Part shown: positions 50,705 to 61,263 of the stretch, one piece after another
Numbering within the stretch: the first letter of the stretch is position 1
Layout of the letters: every line of letters starts with the position of its first letter
DNA from: an uncultured Candidatus Binatia bacterium
GTDB lineage: Bacteria > Desulfobacterota > Binatia > Bin18
NCBI GenBank assembly: GCA_965214605.1
Contig: OZ243961.1
Location: 320,001-384,000, forward strand
DNA: 64,000 nucleotides
Direction of reading: 5' to 3'
Translations under genes and position numbers: made by a program
The notes under the pieces: model-generated
Databases searched by the model: none
What the model was told of the DNA's origin: nothing
The model's input: only the letters and a program-made list of their open reading frames with translations

Positions 50705-51382
50705 TCATAACATCTCGGCGTGGCCCCACACAATGTTTAAACACGTCGCGCCGTTCTTCGTCGTGACAGTATGGGTGCATCCATTGGGCCGATAACTCAT
50801 GTTGCCGGTCGCCACTTCTCCGGCCTCATCCGCGTTCGCGCCCTCAATCACAAAAATCAGCTCATCGCCGATGTGACGGTGGAGCGGGAGCTTGGCCCCC
50901 GGTTCAAAGCGGGCCAAAACGGCGCGCCGTTCCGTGTCTTCATCCTGCCAGATGTTCTTTAGCCGAATACCGGGCCGCGCTTCGACCCACTCTAACTCGC
51001 TGAGTGTAAAGAGCTGAGACGGTGGGGCGTCACCGAGTGCGGTCGTCATTTCGATCCCGCCCGTAATAACGGCGAGAACGGTGGCCCCTTGTGGACTCGA
51101 CACCGTGTGCACGCAACCATTTGGCCGGTAGCCGAGGTTACCGGCGGTGACCGTACCAAATTCGTCGCCGAGCGCCCCTTCGAGGACAAAGATGAGTTCA
51201 TCGCCGTCATGACGGTGCATGGGCAGGGCGGTTCCGGGCTCAATCCGGGTCATGATCGCCCGACGCTTACTCCCCTCGTCACTCCACAGACTCTTGGCTC
51301 GAATCCCCGGCTGCCATTGCTGCCATGCTATATCGCCAATCTGAATCACGCGTGATAGTGGACTGTGCTGGGTACCTGCCAT
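50705..51382 (-). CDS. Double ChrR-like cupin protein
   Basis: Two repeats of LPxHRHxGDELIFVxEGA...YRPNGCxHTV. Confidence 0.9.
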   Translation of the reverse strand: MAGTQHSPLSRVIQIGDIAWQQWQPGIRAKSLWSDEGSKRRAIMTRIEPGTALPMHRHDGDELIFVLEGALGDEFGTVTAGNLGYRPNGCVHTVSSPQGATVLAVITGGIEMTTALGDAPPSQLFTLSELEWVEARPGIRLKNIWQDEDTERRAVLARFEPGAKLPLHRHIGDELIFVIEGANADEAGEVATGNMSYRPNGCTHTVTTKNGATCLNIVWGHAEML

Positions 51383-51624
51383 CGTGTCCTCCCTCCTGAA
51401 GATGGGTGATGATCTCTGCTGATTCAAGCGGCCCTCATCGACTCCCTTGTCTGATAGAGATCTCTCTCCTGAGCTTAAGCATAGGCCACCGCCGAAAGGC
51501 AAGAGGGCGCGGTCACCACGTAGGAGGTCTACGGCACCGGTCTTGCCTTCTTGGCCAGGCGTGTCCACAGTATGGCTGGCACGCCCACGTTTGCCGCTTT
51601 GCGCAGAGCCGGAGGTTTGGTGTT

Positions 51625-52041
51625 ATGAGCTCTCCCCTATTCTTTGTTGTCCTAGCCGGCTTGGGATTCCAGATAATCCCGGCTGACGTCCATGCCTTTC
51701 AGGTCACGCCCGGGAAATGGCAGTTTGAGTATGAGAGCCGGGCGTCATTTGAGCCCCAGCCACAGAAGCGCATGGATATCCAGTGTGTCAAGGACTCGAG
51801 CTGGGATCCAGCAGCCTCAATCGCGAAGAGCGGCCACTGTCAACTCCACAACGTCAGGCAAGACAGGACCTCGTTCAGCGCGACCGTGACCTGCGGTCGT
51901 GGCGCGGGAAACCCGCCGATGACTGGGAGTATGACCTATAGTTCGACCGGCACGACCATGACCAGCCGCACGGTCTTCAAAGGAGAGGGCTACGACATGG
52001 AAATGCAAACGCGCGGAAAATGGCTCGGCGCGTGTGACTAG
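51625..52041 (+). CDS. DUF3617-like secreted protein
   Basis: Signal peptide, PGKWQF, three internal Cys, C-terminal GKWLGACD. Confidence 0.8.
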   Translation: MSSPLFFVVLAGLGFQIIPADVHAFQVTPGKWQFEYESRASFEPQPQKRMDIQCVKDSSWDPAASIAKSGHCQLHNVRQDRTSFSATVTCGRGAGNPPMTGSMTYSSTGTTMTSRTVFKGEGYDMEMQTRGKWLGACD

Positions 52042-52136
52042 TGCGTGCCGGCCTCGTTCGGCGGACCTCCTCTTGACCACACTGAGCGCCGAGTGCTAGG
52101 GGAGCGAACGGGCTCACTCATGAGAGGGGAATAAGC

Positions 52137-53165
52137 ATGGATATCGGTCTGTACGCAACTACCCACGGCCTCGGCTATCGGGATGAGGTGAACTTTCTGG
52201 TCCGCTCCATCACAGCCGAACAGATGCAGCCGGTCCGGATTGCTCAGCTAGCCGAACGCCTGGGCTATCATTCGATGTGGTTTCCCGATCATGTGTGCAT
52301 GCCCATGGCCTCGACGAGCGCCCATGTGGCCAACGCCTCTGGTACACGCGCGTACGAGGCGCGGCATACCATGCTCGACGCCGCGGTCATTATGGGTGCG
52401 GTCGCCGTTAGTACGAGGCGCCTCAAGCTCGGCACCAGCGTGCTGATCGGGCCCTACCGCAACCCGCTGAGCGACGCGCGTCAATTGGCGACTATCGACC
52501 AGCTGTCAAACGGCCGGCTCTTATTTGGCGTTGGAGCCGGCTGGATGCAGGAGGAGTTTGAGGCACTCGGTCTCGACTATGCCAAGCGCGCCCCCCAGAC
52601 CGAGGAATGTATCGAGGTCTATAAACGTGCCTGGGTTGACGAGGCCGTCAGCTTCCAGGGCCGGTTTTACGATTTTAGCGCGGTGTCGCTGGACCCCAAA
52701 CCGGTCCAGCGGCCCTACCCACCGATCATTTATGGCGGGGTCACTACGGTCGGTGCCCGACGAGCGGCGCGGCTGTGTAACGGCTTCTATCCTATTTTTC
52801 TTGACTCGTACGCCGAGCCAAACCGCTATAGCAGCGCCCAGGACGTTATCCGCCGTGAACTTGAGCGCCAACACAAAGATCCGGCCGAGTTTGCCATGAT
52901 TGGTGTCAGTTCGGCCCGGCTGACCGCAGCCCATGACCCACACGCCCAGGCCACGCCCCGCCGTATTTGCACAGGCACGCCGGATCAGGTCGTCGCGGAT
53001 CTAGAGCGTTTTGCCCAGGCCGGATATTCATTAATCGTGTGTATTTTTGACTGCCCGTCGGGTCAGCGCCAAGAACTCGAAGAGCAGATGGAGCAGTTCA
53101 GCGAACAGGTCTTACCCCACACAGCCGCTCTCAACGCCCAGGGCGGGTGGAAAGCCCGTCTTTAG
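52137..53165 (+). CDS. LLM-class (possibly F420-dependent) oxidoreductase
   Basis: WFPDHV, KLGTSVL, GVGAGW, PKPVQRPYPPI. Confidence 0.9.
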   Translation: MDIGLYATTHGLGYRDEVNFLVRSITAEQMQPVRIAQLAERLGYHSMWFPDHVCMPMASTSAHVANASGTRAYEARHTMLDAAVIMGAVAVSTRRLKLGTSVLIGPYRNPLSDARQLATIDQLSNGRLLFGVGAGWMQEEFEALGLDYAKRAPQTEECIEVYKRAWVDEAVSFQGRFYDFSAVSLDPKPVQRPYPPIIYGGVTTVGARRAARLCNGFYPIFLDSYAEPNRYSSAQDVIRRELERQHKDPAEFAMIGVSSARLTAAHDPHAQATPRRICTGTPDQVVADLERFAQAGYSLIVCIFDCPSGQRQELEEQMEQFSEQVLPHTAALNAQGGWKARL

Positions 53166-53196
53166 CTCGTCCACGGCCAACCCAGAAGGAACACCC

Positions 53197-54225
53197 ATGC
53201 GTGAGATTGCTTTTGGTTTTTTTGACCATCTGGAGCGCAGACCGGAACCACTCGGTCAGTTTTATGCCGGCCGACTGGAACTGCTGAAAATGGCTGATGA
53301 AGCGGGACTCTACGCCTACCATCCGGCCGAGCACCACGCCACACCGCTCGGCATGGCCCCTTCGCCAAATGTGTTTCTGGCCGCCGCGGCCCAGTGCACG
53401 CAACGGATTCGCCTCGGGCCCCTGCTCTATCTGCTACCGCTGTACCATCCGCTCCGTCTCGTCGAAGAACTGTGCATGCTCGATCACCTGAGCAATGGGC
53501 GCCTTGAAATCGGTGTTGGACGGGGGGTCTCGCCGTACGAGTTAGCCTACTTTGAGGTGCCGTTTCTCCGGTCGCAAGCCATGTTCAAGGAAGCCCTTGA
53601 CGTGGTGGTAGCCGGTCTGCGGGGAGAACGCCTGTCGTACAGCGGCAAATACTACGACTGTCTCGACGTGCCCCTCGAACTCCACCCCCACCAGACCCCC
53701 AACCCGCCCTTCTGGCATGGGGTGACCAGCCTCCGGAGCCTCCAGTTTGCCGCCGAGCGTGGCATGCATATGGTTGGCGGTGGTCCGAATCCGGCTCTAA
53801 AAGAGACGATCGTCCAGTATCGGGAGCTGTGGAGTCAGCATCACCATGACCCAGACAATCTTAATCCCCATATCAAGACTCCCATCATTGGCGCGTTGCG
53901 CCACATCTATGTTGCCGACACTGATGAGGAGGCTGAGGCGGTCGCCCGCCCCGCCTATCAACAGTTCTACGACAACATCATGAAGCTATGGAAAGATTTT
54001 GGTACAGTCCACATCTTCTTTACCCCTGAGCTTTCAGTCGCCCGCAAACTCGATGTGGCGATTGTTGGCTCACCGCGCTCGGTGCAGGATCAGCTGGCGA
54101 AACTGTTCGAAGAGACGGGCTGTAATTATCCGACCTTGGCCTTTGCCTGGGGCAACCTGAGCCAGGGGCAGTCTCAGCGCTCACTAGAGCTGTTTGCCAC
54201 CAAGGTGATGCCAGCGTTTGAGTGA
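53197..54225 (+). CDS. LLM-class flavin-dependent oxidoreductase
   Basis: AEHHATPLGMAPSP, HPLRLVEE, GVGRG. Confidence 0.9.
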   Translation: MREIAFGFFDHLERRPEPLGQFYAGRLELLKMADEAGLYAYHPAEHHATPLGMAPSPNVFLAAAAQCTQRIRLGPLLYLLPLYHPLRLVEELCMLDHLSNGRLEIGVGRGVSPYELAYFEVPFLRSQAMFKEALDVVVAGLRGERLSYSGKYYDCLDVPLELHPHQTPNPPFWHGVTSLRSLQFAAERGMHMVGGGPNPALKETIVQYRELWSQHHHDPDNLNPHIKTPIIGALRHIYVADTDEEAEAVARPAYQQFYDNIMKLWKDFGTVHIFFTPELSVARKLDVAIVGSPRSVQDQLAKLFEETGCNYPTLAFAWGNLSQGQSQRSLELFATKVMPAFE

Positions 54226-54643
54226 CCTCTGCGTGAGGCCTCCTGCGCACTGTCTTCGGACCTTGTCCTGTCCGGCAGACGATCCGCTGCCAGAGCCACG
54301 GCTCCCAAATAGAACTACGGCCTCAGAGGAAAAGCCGTGTCCGTCTCAGCCGGCAGCTCTTCAGGAGCATCGAGGGGCGGGACCTAGGGGGGCGCTGGAC
54401 GGGGGCTGGGTTAATCACGGTTGTGCAGGCGAGCAGTCGGTGCCCGTGGACATCCTCTCGTCACATCCCAAGAGGTCTGATCAGAGGCACGTGGTCCACA
54501 GTGGCCGCCATATACGCTCGGCGGGCGATACGGGCCGGTCTTTGCCCGTCTCCCCCATTCATCGGCCTTTTCCGCTCTTCGGCTATACGCTTCTCTCCGC
54601 CTATGCTACAAGACAGGATGCTATCTTTAAGGAGGGGGATGCC

Positions 54644-55456
54644 ATGTTTGCTCGTCACGAGGGGATACGGGAAGAGATGCCCTATGTTCGTTTCTTAGCC
54701 ATCTGTATCAGTCTGGGTCTGCTGGTTCAGTTGAGCATTCGTTTATGGCAACAGGCCTGGTGGTTTCCGGTCGGGATGGATGCCACGACGCCCGAGTTTG
54801 CCACCTATTGGATGGGGTTGTTGTACACCGAAGCTGGTATTCTGGCCATGGTTGGATTTCTGGGCTGGATGGCCTACCGCAAGCCCTGCCGGGTGTGTGA
54901 AGCGCAGCGCCGTGAACACCGCCATATTCTGGCCCAGCACGAACTGAGTCATATCGGCAAGCTGTGGGCGACAGTTGCGGTGGCCGCCATGTTCGGCTTT
55001 GGAGTGAGCTATTTTGCCGAGCAGGACGCTTCGTGGCACCAGATTGTAGTCCGCGACACCGCTTTTACTCCGAGCCATATCCCACTGTTTTTCTTCACCT
55101 TTCCGATGCTCATTATCATGACCGGCCTAAGTTCGTGGTACGCCTATAAACGCCTGCACTACTTGTACGTGGGAGAGAATGGCAGAGGGATTCCCATCTC
55201 GTACCTGCTCTTCCCGGCTGGAGCCTGGCTGTTATTAGCCAATGTCAGCTTTAACGAACTCGGCCACTCTAGCTGGATCACCGAAGAGCTGTTTGTACAG
55301 CCCTACCACTTTCCGTTTGCCTGGGCGACATATTTCTTTTTTGCCGGATTTTCCCTGTTATTTGCGACCGTCCCGCATATCTTCAAGAACCTGAAAATCA
55401 TGGCCGAACAAGCGGTCGAAGAGACCGTCCCGCAAGAGACGTCCGCCCAGGCCTAG
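54644..55456 (+). CDS. xmoC: Copper membrane monooxygenase subunit C (PmoC/AmoC family)
   Basis: YFAEQDASWHQIVVRDTAFTPSHI and NELGH..W.TEELF..PYH, the PmoC metal-site motifs; RBS AAGGAGG. Confidence 0.93.
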   Translation: MFARHEGIREEMPYVRFLAICISLGLLVQLSIRLWQQAWWFPVGMDATTPEFATYWMGLLYTEAGILAMVGFLGWMAYRKPCRVCEAQRREHRHILAQHELSHIGKLWATVAVAAMFGFGVSYFAEQDASWHQIVVRDTAFTPSHIPLFFFTFPMLIIMTGLSSWYAYKRLHYLYVGENGRGIPISYLLFPAGAWLLLANVSFNELGHSSWITEELFVQPYHFPFAWATYFFFAGFSLLFATVPHIFKNLKIMAEQAVEETVPQETSAQA

Positions 55457-55475
55457 TCTGTCCCCGGTCACCGGT

Positions 55476-55604
55476 ATGAAAGCGCAGGAAATCGCCGCTC
55501 TGGGCCGGATGAAAGAGGCGAAAATTTTCGACCTGATGCTCATCCTCGCCCTGATCGGTTTCTTTACCGTTATCCCCCACGTCAGCCGCCAGAGCCGGAA
55601 TTAA
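55476..55604 (+). pseudogene. xmoA: 5' stub of CuMMO subunit A (PmoA-like), truncated by deletion
   Basis: MKAQEIAALGRMKEAKIFDLMLILALIGFFTVIPHV resembles the PmoA first TM helix (D...H); stop follows the junction; sits in the canonical A position. Confidence 0.6.
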
Positions 55605-56653
55605 GCTGGATCGGTATTCTCGTGCCGGGCCCCAAGCTGGCGACCAAAGAACGCTGGATTAACGGCCGCTTCATCCAGAATGCCTTCCATATAGAGATCG
55701 GCCGACTGTACGATTTTCGCCTCGTTCTTCAGGCTCGCCAGCCGGGGCGCTACCACGTGCACCCTATGATCAACCTGGCAGGAACAGGTGGCCTGGTCGG
55801 TCCGGCAAAGTGGATCGAGGTGGAGTCCGGCGACGGTCCACCAAGCTACGAAGTCCAGCTCTCAGCCACTGGCGAAACGATTGACCTGGAAAATTTCGGC
55901 TTTGGCCGGATTGTAGGCTGGCATGTCATCTTTGGTCTGCTGGGACTGGCCTGGCTGGTCTACTGGGCATCAAAACCGCTCTTGGTGCGGCATATGCTGC
56001 TGCTCGAAGGGGTGGATGAGGAGCAGTTTAGCCGGCGGGATCGAAGCGTCGCGGGGGTCTTCAGCGCAGTCCTGGCAGCCGTTCTAATCGGCGGCTTATG
56101 GATCACAAATGCCAACATGCCGCCGACCATTCCGCATCAGACCCCCAGAGAGTGGAACCTGCCAGACACCCAAATGCTGCCTAACGCCGTGCACACGACG
56201 ATCAGGGAAATACGATACCGCCCCACCACTCGGGCCCTGCGCGTACAGGTTGAGGCGACAAATCTGGCCGAGTCGCCCGTTCTGCTGCGGAAATTTACGA
56301 CGAGCTATCTGTCCTTCGTCAATCAAGACAGCCTTGGAGCGTATCCCGATCCCGAAGGCCGGACGCTCCTCATGGATGTACAGCCTAGCGGTCTTATCCA
56401 GCCAGGCGAGACAGCAGTTTTGGATTTGACCATGCAGGATAGTGTTTGGGATCGGGATCGGTTCATCGCTTTTGACCAGCCCCAGCTCAGCGCGGCCGGT
56501 ATGCTGGTGTTTGTCGAGCCACGGCCCGCGGCCGGTCAGGAGCTGCCTCTGATCATGCTGAGCAATGACCGGGAGGCGCCCGGCGTCCCATGGGAATTGG
56601 TCCGCAGCCTCAATGAGGTGTACGCCAATCTCCAGGTGGATTTTGGCCTGTGA
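55586..56653 (+). pseudogene. xmoB: CuMMO subunit B (PmoB-like) lacking its N-terminus
   Basis: In-frame PPEPELSWIGILVPGPK..ERWING, GRYHVHPMINL, TGETIDLENF, two TM helices, P.TIP.Q; no signal peptide or N-terminal His. Confidence 0.85.
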
Positions 56654-57341
56654 GTCCGCTCAGTCCCTCCCAAGAGTCGAAACCAGCTGATGCGCTAGAA
56701 AAACGATTCGCTGGATTGGGCAGCGTTGCAGAGTGCTCCCGTATACTGGGAAATACGGCGTTTTGGCCTTATTTCCACCCCCAGGTTTCTGGAACTTCAA
56801 TCCTGAACCTGCTTGAATATCCGCGTCTATTTCTCGTTGGCTTGGCGACTCCCTCATACCGATGGCGGCTTCCCCCCTTAGCGATGCCCATGACATGGCA
56901 GGAGACCTCGCCTCCGTCGTTGGCCACCGGCCGAATGTTGTAAACGTCGTGCCGGCTCTCCCTGTGCAAGCTCTTCAAGTTGCTCCGTCCCTTATTTCGA
57001 GCGACGGTCACCTTCTCTCCTTGTAGCCATCAGACGTTTTTCGGCGTCCAACCGCTCTTAAGTGACGGACCCTCTTCCGGCGTTTTAGCGGCAGGGTGGA
57101 GGACGTACCAGACTGGAATCGACCGTGCCTCCTGCTCTCTTTAGCTACCCATAGAAAAAATGGCTCGGAGCTGCATAAGGAACAGCATCATATGGACTAG
57201 TCATCACCACCGATCCTGAGAAATCCCTGAGGGACAGCCGCTCTGCCGAGCGACGGAGAACGTTTCCGATACAGGGCGTCTGTAACCCGGGTGGCAAAAG
57301 CAACCATTCTGTTGCCCTCTCCTCGGATGGGCAAGTGGCCG

Positions 57342-59315
57342 CTACGGCGCGGCTGACCCCTCACTGACAGAGAACACCTCTTTCCAGAGCGAGCCAGCCG
57401 CAGTGAACTGCCCCGTCTCGATCCGGGCAATCGAGTAGGACGGGAGGGGCACTTGGGCCAGGCACCGGCCGTCAACGCTCCTCCCCCACCAGGCAAAAAC
57501 GAAGTTCCGGGTGTCACACCCATACGGACGCCGGAACTGCGGCAGAGCGGCCTCGGCCACGGGCACCCAGGTGCAGAAAGAACCGGGCGGCGGTATCGGC
57601 CGGCTGGCACGCCTCTTTGCTGGAGGAGAGCGCCCCCTTATGGAGAGAGAGGGCAAACGGCACCCGGGCCACCGGGGGGCCGGCGGCCGGCACCCCCCAC
57701 CCGGTGAGGCGCCACAATGGTCAGCAGGGGACTGCCATAGGCCTGCAGGGAATAGAGGGCGGGAGCCGCGGGGATTCTCTCCTGAGAGGACAGCCCCCAG
57801 GGGGCGCCCTCGTAGAAGAAAAACTCGGCCCGCTCATCATCCGTCACCACAAGGTGCGCCCGGTCCGCCGCGGGCAGGATCGCCCGGTTTCGGACGACGC
57901 CCCGCGCCGGGCCGTCGTGCTGCACATACAACGTGGCGGCGGGGAAGCGGGCGCGCAGATATTCCAGGCCCTGCCGGTACGCCACCTGCCAATAGTCCAT
58001 ATCGTACCACTGCCCCGGCGGCGTGCGAGTCCCCAGGACGTTGAAATAGACCTGTTGGTGCGGGTGGAGCGAGACCATCGCCCCCACCACCGCGGCCAGG
58101 CCCAGCCCGACGCCGCCAGACACGGTCGCCCGGCGCCACCACGCCGGCCGGCCCCCGTGCGGGCCCATGAGCGCCTGCAGGCCCATCGCCGCCAGCACAC
58201 AGAACGGAGCCCACAGAAAGTACAGGTGGCGCCAGCCATTGTAGGTGTGGGCCTCCAAGACGAGCACCACCCCCACCGGCCCCACCAGACAGCCCAGTAG
58301 CAGCAGGCCGAAACGCCCCTCCCCATCACGCAGCAGCCGGCGGGGGTGGCGGAGGCCCTGCCAGCACAGCCGCCCGATCCCGATCCCCCCCAGGAGCAGG
58401 GTCAGCGGGGGGGTGGTGAGGCCAAACCAGGTCGGCAGGTACGCCCACGGCAGGGCATCCGACCGGATCAGCTGCCCCTGGAACAGCTCGGTGCGGACCG
58501 GGAGGTGAGCCAACGTCGTCACGGCGTCCAGCAGGCGGAGCGGATTGGCCCACAACACCGGTAACGTGGCGTACACGGTCACGCCCGCGGCGGCCACGAA
58601 GGCCACACTGGTCAGAAAGATGTGGCGGCGCTGCGGGGGGGGGGGGGGGGGGGGGGGGGGCGAGGAAGGCGTCCACGGCCCGCAGGGCAAGGACCGCCGG
58701 CACCAACATCCAGCCAAAGATCCGCAGGTTGATGGCCAGCCCCACACTCAGGCCACACAGGGCGAAAGCGCCCAGCGTGTCCTTCCGGCAGGCCCGGTGG
58801 GTGAGCGCCAACGCCACCATGACCAGCACCAGGAAGGGAATGTCCTTCGGGTTAAAGAAAGAATGGGCGTAGAGCCGGGGATGGAGGAGAAAAAGCAGCA
58901 GGGCGACCAGGGCCAGCAGGCGGCGGCCGTACAGCCGGAAGACGAGCCAGCCGCAACACACGCCGCCGGCCACAAAGACCAGGTGGGTCAGCAGATGGCG
59001 CAGGAGGAAGATGTGCCGGCTGTCGTCCAGGCCCAGCGCCTGCTCAAGCAGCAGCACCGGCAGTTGAAAGGCCATGCCGTAGAAGCGATCGTGGCGTTTG
59101 TGGGTGGCGATCTCGGGAGCCGTACCCAGGATATAGGCGAGGGTAGCGCGGGCCGTGCGGCGCTGGGCAAACTCATCCGCTCCGACGCCGTAGTCGTCCA
59201 ACACCACCACCCCGACGCCGGCGAACAGCAGGCCTCCCATCAGCGCCAGGGCCCAGAACGGGAGGCGCCGCCAGCGGGGCAAGGCGCTCGCTCTGGAGGC
59301 AGTGGATGCGGACAC
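57342..59315 (-). pseudogene. GT-C/ArnT-like membrane glycosyltransferase with several frameshifts
   Basis: DDYG..DE, HPRLYAHSFFNPKDIPF, YNGWRHLYF, YDMDYW; frameshift in the C26 tract; C-terminal domain split across ORFs 57514-57717 and 57342-57656. Confidence 0.85.
58635..58660. repeat. G26 homopolymer (C26 on the coding strand)
   Basis: Direct count of 26 G. Confidence 0.95.
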
Positions 59316-59781
59316 CGGGACAGGCTGCCCGCTGCCCGCCTTTTTGTCAACAGGGAAGCGGCTGCCGGCCCGGCACCAGGCCGGCCACGGCAGCCCGCAC
59401 GAGGGCCGCTTGGCTGCGGGACCCCTCTCTCTTGCCAGGCGTCAGATGGTGTGAAGGGCCCTCCCCTCAGCCTGGCCCATAGACACGACCGACTCCAGAG
59501 AGAGGAGAGAACCGGGACTTCTCGCGGCTACCCAGCGCCAGGCTGAGGGAGCAGCGGGGCAAGGGCGAGGCCCCCAGCGTCGCGGGGCATTCCAGCAGGC
59601 CGGGGACTAGCGTCAACCTGCCCTGGTCTCGGGGGCGGCACCTCCCATCAAGCTCGCAGATAAGCACGGCCATGGTGACGCCTCCTAACGGGCCTCTGGA
59701 GAAAAGTCCTCACTCGAGGCCTCTCCGAAGGGGAGAGGGAGAACGGGGCACCAAGCCTGCACTCTTCGCCAGGGGGCTCCA

Positions 59782-59906
59782 GCTACCTGCCGGCCTGAAC
59801 CTGATCAATATCGCGCCCTGCCCCACGGTCGGCACTCGTGGTCAGCGAGCGTAGGCTTGCAGGGCAGCCGATACTTTGCGCTTGGCCGGCGTATACGCCT
59901 CCTTGC
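59782..59906 (-). repeat. Inverted degenerate copy of the ilvD 3' end (38383-38515)
   Basis: Reverse complement matches GCAAGGAGGCGTATACGCCGGCCAAGCG...GGTAGC with small indels. Confidence 0.92.
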
Positions 59907-60863
59907 ATGGACACCTCAATACCGGCGTTCTCATTTGCTCCTTACTGCTTATAAACGGGATTGATTCGGCGTAATCCCAAACCGCATGCATATTGCACGG
60001 TCACTCTGATAGTGATCCGCTCGGTTTCGGGAGCGTTGGACATACCCCTATCCTCTTGCATGCTGTGCACGGATTCTTGGGAAACAGGCAGGATGTCCAC
60101 CACGCGTAGGACCCCTCGGGCAGCTTTTCCAACAGGCATTCTTCCTGCTCTATTGCAGCCAGCCGCTTCTTGAGTCGTCGAGATAGCTCGTTGCGTCTGC
60201 CCTCTTCCTTGGCTCCCAGTTGCCTCCTGATGTTCAACCGAAGGAGAATCGTTCTCATTCCGACTGAATTTTCCGAAGCTGCCGGTCGTACTGCCGCAAA
60301 GTTCTCGATCAACTCACCAATGCTGTCCGGGCGTGTCATCAATCAGACAACGAATGCGAGGCTGCGTCCATCTGCTGTGTGCGGCAGTGGATCGCCCTGT
60401 GACACAGAGACGGCCAAATGCGGATCATCCTGAAAGGCCGACCCTATGCAGTGGGCTTTGGCAGCGAGTCGGAAATGGGCAGAGTTGCCCTCGAGTACGG
60501 CAAGTTTTCCCACCGGCGTGACCTTGATCATGTCGTCAAATTCCCTGGGCTTGGGAAGTTTCGTCCATAGCTGCTTGGTATGGACGCTAACCGCTTGCCC
60601 ACTCGATCCGCTTGGCTCAACCTCCGGCAATCAAGACTTTGGCCGGCTCAGTCCAATGCGGATCTTCGAGAACCCTCTAATCTATCGAAGGAATTCGTAG
60701 ACAGGAGGGGACCGGGAATGACAATAGGAGCGTATTTAGAATGCTTTGAGAGGGTTCATCGTTGCCACTCCGCCAAACGGTGACTCCGGTACGCTCCCAT
60801 TCCTTTCCTCGGGTTGACTTCAGGGTTGACCATCCGGATAGACGCGTTACGATTGTGCCATGA

Positions 60864-61075
60864 AGCGGTGCGAAGTCCTGGTTCCATGCGCTGCGCAACG
60901 CGTTTATCACCGCGGCCGAGCGCGAGTTGATGCTGCCGCGCTCGCTGACCAAGCGGCTCGTCAACCATGCTCGGCCGCAGGATGTGACCGAGGGCTACGC
61001 CGCCGACTGGACAGTGCAGCCGATCGGCGATCCGGCTCAGCGCATCGCCGATCGGATTGATACGTTGATGGGTGC
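60864..61075 (+). pseudogene. Tyrosine recombinase/integrase C-terminal remnant
   Basis: WFHALRNAFITAAERELMLPRSLTKRLVNHARPQDVTEGY (HxLR, H, Y catalytic residues); in-frame stop upstream. Confidence 0.85.
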
Positions 61076-61263
61076 AACGGGAGGGCCGGAATCGATCATA
61101 CTTCAGTCGCGGTCGCACGGCGCGAGCGGTCGATTGTCAGCTGTCCGGCGGTGCGCTGCGGATTTCCGCGGGCAATCCAGCCCTGGAACAGGATTGAAGG
61201 GCCGTTGTCCGGCAAATGTCCTGGGGCGGACGGTGGAGCCACATTTGACGGGAAGGACGCTGT

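Noticed and set aside
3361-59823. KOPS (GGGNAGGG) polarity switching at dif
   Set aside because: A trend is visible by eye but with several counter-oriented copies (e.g. 5439, 28456, 51221); it needs a genome-wide count before it can be claimed.
60001-60630. In-frame TGA at 60343-60345 joining two minus-strand ORFs, as a second selenoprotein
   Set aside because: No redox motif or recognisable family, and further stops upstream; more likely a decayed foreign gene.
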